From Atractiella rhizophila (Eukaryota), in NCBI GenBank assembly GCA_021432655.1, contig MU271230.1, forward strand, positions 113,651 to 133,650: a DNA stretch of 20,000 nucleotides, written 5' to 3'. Positions within the stretch are counted from its first letter, which is position 1; every line of letters starts with the position of its first letter. The position numbers and the translations under genes are program-made. Positions 10,640 through 20,000 of this stretch are shown here, in pieces. The notes beneath the pieces are model-generated. The model made no database searches. It was given only the letters and a program-made list of their open reading frames with translations, and was not told the DNA's origin.

Positions 10640-11640
10640 AATTACATTGTACGATGCAAGTATGATCGTGTCTACCAACATCACAGACATATTGAATGTG
10701 CACAAAGCTAGGGTCATGTCCAACATGAACAAAGAATTGTTGCATGCTTGCTCCGCCTGAGATGTCAAATCCGGGTGCATTGAAGGAGGAACTGCTCGAA
10801 ATGTATATACATTCTATCACGCTCGAAATCTTTTTCCGGTTACTTACTGTTGAACCTTGGGTATAAAGGGTTAATCTGCACTGTTGGGAATGACTGGTCA
10901 TTTTAGTGCAATTGGCTAAAACCAGCATGGTAGCGAGAGCTGACCCTGCATACCCAGGTTCGAACCCCTGTCTGAGCACTTTAGCCATATTGTGAGAGTG
11001 GGGCAAAACCACTATAAAAGCTGTTGAGTGGGTGCTCTTCCCCACTATAAATGATGGAAGGAAATGGTTGTGGCAGAGAAAGTGGTTGCAGACAGTACAG
11101 ATTAGGGAAGGGTGTTGAACCTTGGGTATAAAGGGTTAATCTGCACTGTTGGGAATGACTGGTCATTTTAGTGCAATTGGCTAAATCCAGCACTTGCCAC
11201 TGTTTATTGGTATGCCTATCATTCAGGGCAATGAAAATAATACCATAAACGTGAGAATTATGAACAGGTCCGCAGGTTATGAGCGGAAGATTCAGTTGAA
11301 GCACCGCCTGCCAAAATGGTTCCATATGAAAAGATGCATTGCAACAATCTAACACTCCTGAGTGTCAGTTGCTGTTGATGTTGTCCTTGTTGAATTCCCT
11401 GCTAGCACAGTTAGGTTGGAAGGTTTACCTGTCGGATATTAACCCTTGAAACTGACATCATGGACGTTTCGAAAGCAGGTGTTCAATCCTGTTAATTGCA
11501 CAGTGGAAGAGAGACACTTTGTCCATCATCAATTAGCAATTGAGCCTGAAAGGTCACAGCATGTATGGAGCAGACAACCATCTGCCATTAGTTGCAACAA
11601 AGGTTTCATCTCCCTCCTGAGCTGGAACAACATTCGCTCT
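10640..11640 (-). pseudogene. Decayed intron-containing gene interrupted by the TRIM
   Basis: Protein-like frames with many TGA stops; removing the TRIM restores GTAAGTAACC...GAGCAG, an intron-like segment; downstream frame has CSCWT*P*LCAH. Confidence 0.3.
10848..11192 (+). mobile_element. TRIM (miniature non-autonomous LTR retrotransposon), 345 bp
   Basis: LTRs 10848-10927 and 11113-11192 (80 bp, TG..CA, one mismatch); PBS TGGTAGCGAGAG from 10928; PPT AGGGAAGGG 11104-11112; 5-bp TSD CTTAC/CTTGC. Confidence 0.93.
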
Positions 11641-12045
11641 TGTCACTGTAGTGGTTCTCAAGGTGGGGATGGAACGTGAGTGAGGGATGGTGGTTGTGTC
11701 TTGGCATTCATTCTATGGATTGTACATGGGTGCCTGCCACAGATGCCAGCTCATAAAGAAGATAAAATAGGTGGCAGGCTGAATAAAATGATGATATGAG
11801 ATGAGTAAAATGATAAGATTTTCTATTGACTCATGTATTATGGGCTTTCCCGCGATGTTGTTGGATCATTTATCCATTCATCCTTACCTCTAAAAGCCAT
11901 CCGTTCTTGGCATGAGTCATAAAACGCACTTTTGAGCATTCATACCTCCCTCAGCAGGCACATTGAAACGAAATGAATTACACCATCTCACCACATATGC
12001 TTGCGCCTTTCTGAAGCCTCGAGGAAATTTTGTTCTGAAGGGGGT

Positions 12046-12076
12046 AAAAAATGCGTTTCATACTGGACTCGAACCC
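12046..12076 (-). other. tRNA/SINE-like 3' fragment (B-box plus T6 run)
   Basis: Minus strand reads GGGTTCGAGTCCAGTATGAAACGCATTTTTT; no matching 5' half, so not a complete tRNA. Confidence 0.4.
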
Positions 12077-12539
12077 TCACAAGAGTCACAGTAGGGTTCA
12101 AGGGGCCATGCCCCTTGCGAGTGGGTTGGGGGGCCTGAGGGACGAAGGCCTCTGACACACTTGTTGGCCTATAAAAGCGGCCTTACTTGTTAATGTGAAA
12201 TTCATGTTATTCCTCATCATCTTACTTTGCCCTCACAGCAGAAAGCGCGGTAAGAATTGAGGTAAGTTCCCTGGGCTGTAGAAGCCCCCCTGTAAGATCC
12301 ATTCTCTTAATTCGGAGCCCAGATAGCTTGATAAAAGCGGCCTTACACTTCAGTGTGGCTAGCATAAGCTGGTTCATGTCTCTCCTTTTCGTTTAAGCTT
12401 TTATTTATTGATTGAGGCTCTTAGTTCTCACTCTAGTCGAGCTAAAGGAACTTATTTTTTATAGTAGAGTCTCACACTTTACTTGCTGCCACTGGATGTG
12501 GGTTAGGGTTAGTGAGTTGGACAAAGATCTCTGCTTGTC

Positions 12540-13790
12540 ACGGATGGTATTGCAGATGGCGTAGTAGGATGAGCAAAGCAAGCTTCAGAGGCTCTTTAAG
12601 GCTCGAACCAGATTTGGAGGCTTGAAGATTTGGGGTAATGAGATAATGATCCATAACTTCTGTCACAAACAACTTTAGCTCATCTGGCTTCAATATCCCC
12701 AGCAGTTTGGTGCCTAACCAATCAGTTCCTCAGCGAACGCAGTTCCCGTCCAATGCCAGCTTCACCTTCACAAACCCCAACATTGTAGCAAGTGGTTCGG
12801 TTCGGCGAGATGTGCTTGGGTTGGTACTTTAACCTCTCTGAAGCCATCTCTCCGCCCCAATTTCTTCTGTTCACACTCTCTCATATATGTTTCTCGAATG
12901 CCTCTTTGCTCCAAATCCGTATGTTTCCCAGCTCCGAACGATGTCACCCTAGTTCAGTAACTATGTCGACTATACCAGTTCGCATTTTCTCATGCTCATG
13001 AAATTTGATGCTCATGGCACACCACGGACCGTGAAAGGCCGGAAAGGAAACCCTGCTAACCCACAGCTATCATATGGTTGATTGAGATTCAGACCAATAT
13101 ATCGGTGCCAGGAAAATGTCCTGACCACATTGTACACCGTAGGAATTCAGAAGCACGATGCAATCTAAATTTCAGTGTAATTCTTATTAATAAATCTTGT
13201 TTAGGTCCAGAGGCTTTCTATCTCACTCAAGAGTGCTCAAATTTGCCTTTTCTGGATTGGCCTTAAAGGAAGGAAGCTAAGAATACCCTCAGAATGAAAG
13301 GAATATCCGCACCATGGAACAGAATTAGCCACGAACCATCCGCAGAGTCTACCTAACTATTGGCAAGAGGAAGGTTGCTCATATGGGCAGTAGGGTTAAA
13401 CGACATTTTTAAAAGTATGGTAATATCGAAGTCTCCGAGCTGAATGCATGTGTTTGACAGAGGGAGCATAAGTTGGATAAAAGTATAAGTAATGAATCAG
13501 TATGTATACATCGATAAAAATCTAGAGGAGATTTTCCGGAGGCGGGCAATCCACATCTTCCTAACGTCGGTGACAACATCAGTAGGAGCATCCAGCTTGT
13601 TGGGCTTGGTCGGATTTTGCAGTCTAGTTTCGTACCACTCAGTGGCAAAGTTCCTTAGTTTTCTGGAACAAGCTGGCGGAGCTTTCGTCCCTCGGGGGGA
13701 CCACATCAAGTATCCACTGTTTTTCAATACAAAGTGGTTGACTATACTGTTAGAAACATGCTGAGAGATAATCAGTGATTGAGTACTCAT
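12540..13790 (-). pseudogene. Decayed gene(s) of unknown function
   Basis: ORF 13497-13790 plus downstream protein-like frames (MSIKFHEHEKMRTGIVDIVTELG*, WLGTKLLGILKPDELKLFVTEVM) broken by stops. Confidence 0.25.
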
Positions 13791-14262
13791 AACACTTCTT
13801 TGGAAACTACATTAGGGGTGTCAAAGTTGTGATAAATCACACTTGTCAAGCAGCATACATTTGCTGAATCAAGGTTGATGATGATGAACTTAAGTGCCCA
13901 TACAGGCTTATATGCCATTCAAAAGACACGCACCTCATGGAGCCTCATAACAACACATGAAAGCCTGTAAGTGCACCTATAAGCAAGAAAGGTTGTCCAG
14001 GTGCGGTCACGAATGGTGCAGATTGCTAGATGTCTGGAAAAGCTGCAGCCAACTGCAGCTCCTTGCATGAATGGTATCTTCACTCACCAAGCTTCTTCAC
14101 TGAAGGATGACCTGCGCTCTGCTTTTCTCCCAGCTCTTCCAGCTCTATTAGCATCAACATGTCACCAAAAGCCACAGCCAGAAAGCATGGAACCAGCTAA
14201 CTTGCGAGAACTACTGTTACTTGAAGGTACACTTCCAAGAAAAACTATTAAGTCCATAGTTA

Positions 14263-15887
14263 TGTTAGTTGTAGTGTGCTGTTTTGGTCATCTGCCTTGT
14301 ATGACTCATATGAGTCATATGAGTCATCACTATGTAGTTTAGTTCTGCCTAGGAGTGTTGGTGCTCATTATTGACCACCAACTACTCCTAGGTATGTCTC
14401 TCTATACTTCTCTAATGTCTCATTATTGACCACCAACTACTCCTAGCCTTAGATCCTTACATGGTAGCGAGAACTGGTGGCTAGGATTACACCCATCACC
14501 TTCCTCCTCCTCCAGACCACATTTTCACCCCTCCTGCACTCAAGTTTCGCTCAATTTCGATGATCAAGACAGATCTGTGATCCTCAGACCTTCCTTTATC
14601 ACCTCAGAAGGTGTCTGCTTACTCAGGAATCAAGAAATATCGAAATCTATCACCTTACCACCCATCTCCTGCCTCAAAACGCACTTTGCCACCCTGGACT
14701 TAAACTTTGATGAATTTAGACGTTATAGGGCTTATTTTGATCGTGAAACACTGCGCTACAACTTTACTAGGAACCACCTTGGTCACAATAAGCGAAAATT
14801 TCGAGATAGCCACTCCATCACCTCCTTCATACCCCTAAAACACAATTTTCGACTTTTTGAAGTCAGATCAGGTCTGATGTGGACAATTTTATCACCATTG
14901 GATTCACAATAGGCTATTCTACTATCCTACAACAGATAACCTTGATCAGACAAGTCAAAATTTCGAAATTTGCCACCATCACATCAACATCACAACAGCC
15001 CTACCTCCTTTCTCCATCACATCAGTGGATCTTAGGACTCAACCACAGGCTCTGGGAGGATGTTTGGGATGGAAATGGCTCTTAATGGGTTGGAATTTGC
15101 TGGGCTGAACAGTCTTGCTGCAGCAAATGATGTCACTATGCCCCAAGCAAGCCTTGAGTGGATAGCAGACACTGGTGCAACTTCCCACATGTCTCCCCAT
15201 CGTCATTGGTTCAGAACCTACCAGAAGAAAGTTATTCCTATTAGAGTAGCAAGTGGAGAAGTGATTTGGAGTGCTGGGATTGGGAGCTTGATCTTTGAAA
15301 CCAAGTTGGGGGAGAAGAAGACCACTACTATTACCATTTCAGACGTCCTACATGTCCCCAAGCTCTGGAACAACCTCCTGTCAGTCTTCAGGCTAACCAT
15401 CTACAAAGGAATGAGGGTCTCCATCAAGCACAACAAGGTTCTCTTCTTCCAGCATCAAAAACTCTGCCTTACTGCCACTGTGGACTACAAGAATGGAAGC
15501 ATGGCTGGGATACTCAATGGGAACACCCTTCCTGCTCCAGAATTTGCTGGAAATGCTTCCACACTGCCTATGGATGCCTCTCTGTGGCACAGAAGACTTG
15601 GACATCTTAATTATGAGGACATCAAGCGTCTGAAGAGGAAGGAACTTGTGAATGGGATGATTTTGGACCTGGAGGATGATCCAGACCCTATTTGCGAGCC
15701 ATGCCTAGCTGGGAAGCAACATAGGGTCTTTAATAAGTCCACAGAGACTAGGGAGAAGGAGATATTGGCTAGAATCAGCTCAGACCTACATGGACCTCTT
15801 CCAGTCACATCCAGGGAAAGATATCAATATTGGGTCACCTTCATTGATGAAGCAACAAATCATTGCACCATCGCCTTCCTTAAGAGT
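14263..15887 (+). mobile_element. 3'-truncated Ty1/copia LTR retrotransposon
   Basis: Putative 5' LTR about 14263 (TGTTAG; start uncertain) to 14461 (..TACA); PBS TGGTAGCGAGA 14462-14472; gag not recognisable; pol homology stops at IAFLKS (about 15887). Confidence 0.9.
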
Positions 15888-15902
15888 TCCTGGCATCATT
15901 AA
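15060..15902 (+). CDS. Copia pol fragment: protease, GAG-pre-integrase, start of integrase core
   Basis: WIADTGATSHM, VLHVPKLWNNLLSV, LWHRRLGH, CEPCLAGKQHR, ISSDLHGPL, YWVTFIDEAT; protease followed directly by integrase is copia order. Confidence 0.95.
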   Translation: MFGMEMALNGLEFAGLNSLAAANDVTMPQASLEWIADTGATSHMSPHRHWFRTYQKKVIPIRVASGEVIWSAGIGSLIFETKLGEKKTTTITISDVLHVPKLWNNLLSVFRLTIYKGMRVSIKHNKVLFFQHQKLCLTATVDYKNGSMAGILNGNTLPAPEFAGNASTLPMDASLWHRRLGHLNYEDIKRLKRKELVNGMILDLEDDPDPICEPCLAGKQHRVFNKSTETREKEILARISSDLHGPLPVTSRERYQYWVTFIDEATNHCTIAFLKSSWHH

Positions 15903-15918
15903 CACTTTAAGGATACGA

Positions 15919-16430
15919 ATGGCAGATTTCTCAGATTTCAATCATCAACCTCCTGAGCTTCCAGGTGATAGAAGAAGGAAGAAGGTGCTGACCGACAGAG
16001 AGAGGAAGGCTGCAGAATCAGCCACAATTGCATATGATTGGGATCAGATATACGGAGAGCACATTGATGGCATAGGTGACTTGTTACATAATCGATCATC
16101 TAGATATCTGAAGATGCTGAGTGGTTTGTTTGAGAGGTTGTTTCTTGTCAGTGAAGGAGAACAAATCAGGTTAATTGATGTGTACATAGAACGACTGCAA
16201 TATATCAGGAAAACAGTTTCCTGGATTAATGTGAAATGGATAAGTTGGTGCATCGATCTGTTTGGTATGTTTAAACCACTCAGATTAACTTAATACTTTC
16301 TCAGGTGTATGTTCTAGAGCTATGGGCAGATCTCTTTCCGAAAGGAGGTTGGGAACAGAATCTGAAGAGGATTCACCATTTGAGTCCTCATTGTTCTATT
16401 TGGAACAGGATGGGACAATCTGTGAGTAGG
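15919..16430 (+). pseudogene. Unknown intron-containing gene fragment abutting the copia truncation
   Basis: ATG 15919 (MADFSDFNHQPP...), open to 16264; intron-like GTATGT...CTCAG 16265-16304 continues in frame (GVCSRAMGRSLSERRLG...); decays afterwards. Confidence 0.4.
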
Positions 16431-16795
16431 GGACCACATAATGTGGCGGTTGCTTTATTGAAGGGCAATACTGATAAGACTAAAAGCTTAGTAAATTGGG
16501 GGATCAACGAGACATCGACTATAGAGAACAACTTGGTAGTGGACAGGTATGTAGTTGAAATTGAACTTGATATAATTGACTTGCCTGTGGACTGAATATG
16601 GCCATAGGTAACAGATCAGGATTATCTGGCAGGAGGGTCAATCAACTTTGTGGACTAAACATTTATTTCAACATCAGTAACTATAATGCAGAGGTGACAA
16701 CAGGAGGCACTCAAGTAAGCAAGTCTTCTTCGAGAAACTGCATGCCTACATTTGTTAGAGCTGGAAAGCTGACAGAGATCATCAGTGTTCCATAC

Positions 16796-17080
16796 CAGAC
16801 CCCACTTCAGCTGGTGTTGATAACCTATCAACATAGGCCAGTAAATTATGCTCCTCAGACCCCTCTTGAGCTGCTGTCGATAAAGTATCGACATGGGCTA
16901 GTTTTATTCCAATTGCACTTCCCTCACCCCTCTTGAGCAGTTGTTGATAACCTAAGTTTCCATGAAATTTTGGTCCTCAGACCCTCTTCAGCTTCTGTCG
17001 ATAACCTATTGCCAAGGCATAGTTTCCTTGAAATTTTGGTTCTCAAACCCTAGTCAGCTGTTGTAGATAACGTATCGACC
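16796..17080. repeat. Five degenerate tandem units (53-69 bp, last partial) with a palindromic core
   Basis: Units start at 16796, 16856, 16925, 16978, 17044; consensus CAGACCCCTCTTSAGCTGYTGTYGATAACCTATCRACA. Confidence 0.9.
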
Positions 17081-17136
17081 TTGACTGGATTTGTGTTCTT
17101 ATCTGAGACAGGGTTCTACCCCGGTTGGCTGAGAGC

Positions 17137-17206
17137 CAACATTTTCGTCAGGATGCTGTTTTGATGGAGGCAGGGTTGTATCCTGGGGTGCCTACTGTTA
17201 GTAATC
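17137..17206 (+). repeat. Dispersed repeat copy B (putative DNA transposon terminus)
   Basis: Matches 6736-6793 plus 6852-6865. Confidence 0.85.
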
Positions 17207-17207
17207 A

Positions 17208-17535
17208 AACAAGATACCCTCTCATCGGTGGCAAATCATTTCTGTTGACATCATAGGTCCTTTACCAATGAGTAGCAGATATAATGCTATCTTGGTTATG
17301 ATTGATCGTCTCTCTAAACACACACACTACATTCCCTCTACACACATGATGGACTCTGCAGGTTTGGCTCACATTTTTTGAGATCATGTTTGGAAACTCC
17401 ATGGCCTGCCTGAAGAAATCACATCAGACAGAGGGTAAGAGTTAGGAGATTTATGATGGATCTGTACTCATTTCTTGGATTCGTTGGACACCATTGACTG
17501 CCTATCACGCTCAGACAGATGAGCAGACTGAAAAA
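17208..17535 (+). mobile_element. Ty3/gypsy integrase core remnant
   Basis: IPSHRWQIISVDIIGPLP...ILVMIDRLSK...HVWKLHGLPEEITSDRG, then after a frameshift TAYHAQTDEQTE; internal stops. Confidence 0.93.
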
Positions 17536-17544
17536 GCTACACAA

Positions 17545-18885
17545 ACATATATTGAGCCCTCAACTCTAAATAGGCTAAAATAGGCAATCTGGGGGTGATC
17601 CTGACAATACCCTCCTATTTTCTGGATCTGAAAGGTACTGAAAATATCCAAAGACAAGATCGATCACTGTCGGTTTCTTACTGACCATGGGAAGCCTCTA
17701 GGAGATGGAGCTTGTGGTCACAACAGTGTATTGTGGTTTGCGTCGAAGCACCAAATATGCATTGTGCCAGCGTATGGTGTAAAGTGTTTATGTGGAAGGA
17801 AGACCAATGAGCCATGACCATAGTTTTCACAAGGAAGATATACCAATGTACATATTGCCACCATTAAAGATGTCTAGCCCAACTTCAATTATCCATTGGA
17901 GAAGGCATCAAGGGCGTTAAAGATCCTTTGCAATGGAGCATACAACATTAACTCTTGTGGGGTTGTTGTGACTGCCTTGAGTGCGGTGAAAATGACGAAT
18001 TGCAAAAAGGTGGCACTTTGAGAGTAGGATTTTTGTGGTGGAAGTCATCAATGGCACCTTTGGCGTGGTCTTGAAGGTTTTGGAGTGGTTTTCAAGAGTC
18101 ACTGGCCACAGTGTATCCTTTCCATCGTACACAGTATTGAAACTTTCCACCTCTTCTTTTCCTCATAAATCTCCTCTGCTTCATATTCTTCCACACCATC
18201 ACCATTAATAGTGTCTGGTACAGGAGGGGCAAGCATGTCCGGTTATGCCTTGTTTAACAGGCAGACATGGAATGTTGGATGTATCTTCCAGTGTGCAGAG
18301 AGATTAAGTCGGATGTTCCAGTCACCAATTTTCTGTAAAATCTTGAAAGTCCATACCACTTGTCTGAGAGTTTCTTGATAGGTCTCATCGTTGTGATATT
18401 TTTTGCACTGACCCGGACTAAATCACCATTGTAGTAGGGTGTTGCAGGCGATCTCTTCCAGTCATAAAACTTTGCCATCTCGTCAGCTGCCTTCCTCTGT
18501 AGCAGTTCTTAGCCAGAGTTTGTACAAGTTCCGAGTGGTGGTGGTGGTGGTTGACCTTTATTTTTGCCCTCATACACACATTTAGCTATCACACCTCAAT
18601 ACTGACTCTGCCTCTGCCTCTGCCTCCTTCATATCCTTTACAAACTGGTCTGCTGCTGGAAATGTCATGTATGTTACTGATTCAAAGTGCAGTCGGAGAT
18701 GTTGGCTACAATCAAGCATAAAGTGAGAGTATTGTGTGGAAGAATATATCCGATTGTTGTAGGAGAGCTTAGCAAGCAAGGCCAATTGAGCCCAATCTCT
18801 TGGCCATAGTTAACAAAAATATATGAAAATTGCCTCAGGGTCTTGATTTATTCTTTTTTTCACATTTCTGTTTCCCCATCTCTTT
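17545..18885 (-). mobile_element. Chromovirus (Ty3/gypsy) 3' remnant: integrase C-terminus, chromodomain, PPT, partial 3' LTR
   Basis: DGETE, LSYNN..YSSTQYS, RKAADEMAKFYD, GDLVRVSAKNITTMRPIKKLSDKWYG, EEYEAEEI, QYCVRWKGY..SDS*KPLQNL; PPT AGAAAATAGGAGGGTAT (17623-17607) followed by TGTCAGG at 17606. Confidence 0.92.
18498..18593. mobile_element. 96-bp solo LTR inserted in the chromovirus integrase
   Basis: TGTAG...CACA flanked by 4-bp TSD CCTC (18494-18497, 18594-18597); removal restores ...ESVLRKAADEM. Confidence 0.88.
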
Positions 18886-18898
18886 GCCCTACATATGT

Positions 18899-18997
18899 TG
18901 TAGTTGTTCTTAGTGGGAGGTTGTACCAGTTGCGAGTGGTGGTAGTGGTGGTTGTAGTTGACTCTCTAATTTTGCCTTTGTACGTTTAGCTACCACA
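18899..18997. mobile_element. 99-bp solo LTR of the same family
   Basis: TGTAG...CACA, homologous to 18498-18593; TSD ATGT/ACGT (one CpG-type change). Confidence 0.82.
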
Positions 18998-19190
18998 ACG
19001 TGACCTTTGCACCATATCTTAGATGAAGTTAGAGTTATTGTATTTGTAGCTGTTTAGCCCTTTATGTATATAGGCAAGAACAATGCCCCGAGAGACCTAG
19101 TTTGTTCTCTCAGGATTTCTGCTTAGCATTGTCCTTGCAGTACATGACCTAATACATCACATTCACACACAGCTTTGCATCCACCCAAAC

Positions 19191-19289
19191 AAATTTGTCT
19201 CAGATGTCACCACAGCCCTCTATGGACTTCTTGGGATTCAAGCAGCTCCATCAGCAGCATACCATCCTCAAACTGATGGTTAAACTAGG
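19191..19289 (+). mobile_element. Small Ty3/gypsy integrase fragment
   Basis: KFVSDVTTALYGLLGIQAAPSAAYHPQTDG*T. Confidence 0.85.
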
Positions 19290-19450
19290 CACATCAGACT
19301 TCAAGATTGCCTATAGCTACCATGGAGGAGGACTCACTGGCTCCAGACTCAGACTAATTTAATGGGGTTACACATGGTGAAAACTGCATAGTTTACAATT
19401 GTCATTCATTCTATTCACCATAGAATTGTCACACTTGACAACACCTCACT

Positions 19451-20000
19451 TCAATAAAAGAAGAGCCGTAAGTTCAGGTAATCTGAAGACCTGCCTCCAT
19501 CCTTCAAATTTTTCCTCCACTTCTCCGGATCTCTGAGTGCTTCATATATTTTAGGTGACCATTCAAACTGTGGAGCAACCAGATATAACACACGCAATGT
19601 GTCTTTAAAGAGGGCAGATGTCATGGTCAAAATATGGCAACCTGCTCCCTTTCCAAAGCAACGGGTAAGGGCCAACTCTTGTAAACTGGGAGTGAAGGGT
19701 CCAGTGCAGGGGAACTCCCAATCTGCTAACGGGAAGTGACGCAGTTCAAGAACTTGTAAGCGGGGTATTTGAGCAACAAGGTCATAGAAGTCCTTGGTGA
19801 GATATAAAGGATGTCCCTCGGAGCGAGCAGGCCAGGCAACGTGCTCCTGAGGTGCCCAGCCGGGATACTCCCTGCCGGAGAGTCGCAGAATCTCCAATGT
19901 TCCCTTGCAAGCTCGCAAAATGGGGTACAGAAAAGTGTCCAGGGATTCGTCGGGAATGAAAAGCTCCAACAATCTGAAATGCGGCAGTGGCTCGTTGCGG
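19451..20000 (-). CDS. 3' end of an LRR-like (F-box-associated type) protein, 5' end outside window
   Basis: Frame open from window end to TGA at 19451-19453; LxxLxL units TLEILRL, RLQVLEL, SLQELAL, TLRVLYL. The F-box itself is not visible. Confidence 0.65.
   Translation of the reverse strand, partial: RNEPLPHFRLLELFIPDESLDTFLYPILRACKGTLEILRLSGREYPGWAPQEHVAWPARSEGHPLYLTKDFYDLVAQIPRLQVLELRHFPLADWEFPCTGPFTPSLQELALTRCFGKGAGCHILTMTSALFKDTLRVLYLVAPQFEWSPKIYEALRDPEKWRKNLKDGGRSSDYLNLRLFFY

Noticed and set aside
10928..10980. tRNA gene
   Set aside because: No full cloverleaf; explained as the PBS and internal region of the TRIM.
10590..11355. ORFs 10590-11045 and 10981-11355 sharing the peptide LANCTKMTSHSQQ
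   Set aside because: The shared peptide is only the antisense translation of the two LTRs.
11827..11919. Inverted TGACTCATG...CATGAGTCA as MITE termini
   Set aside because: Only 9 bp, no TSD and no second copy in the window.
16796..17080. CRISPR-like array
   Set aside because: Intervening segments are related to each other (AGTTTCC.TGAAATTTTGGT), repeats are degenerate, there are no cas genes and the context is eukaryotic.
18498..18997. One LTR element bounded by the two short repeats
   Set aside because: Each repeat has its own TSD and the integrase reads through the first one once it is removed.

Overview
Eukaryotic, intron-rich DNA, most likely a basidiomycete fungus (inferred from short GT-AG introns, fungal NLR architecture and the TE families). 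It is a transposon graveyard carrying a few genes. From left to right: a disrupted NB-ARC/TPR NLR (1-1182); a multi-exon gene the ORF track splits into pieces, which splices through seven 46-60 nt introns into a stop-free frame of about 610 aa ending in a TET/JBP-like 2OG-Fe(II) dioxygenase domain (3257-5461, HxD...H...R intact, 5' part decayed); decayed unknown genes; a Tad1-like LINE ORF1 remnant; a complete 345-bp TRIM with 80-bp LTRs; a truncated Ty1/copia element with the same PBS; a palindromic tandem array next to a terminal motif that also occurs downstream of the TET-like gene; nested Ty3/gypsy (chromovirus) remnants with two solo LTRs of about 97 bp; and the 3' end of an LRR/F-box-like gene. 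The best lead is the TET/JBP-like gene, possibly cargo of a large DNA transposon. All family assignments are by-eye motif matches, not database searches.
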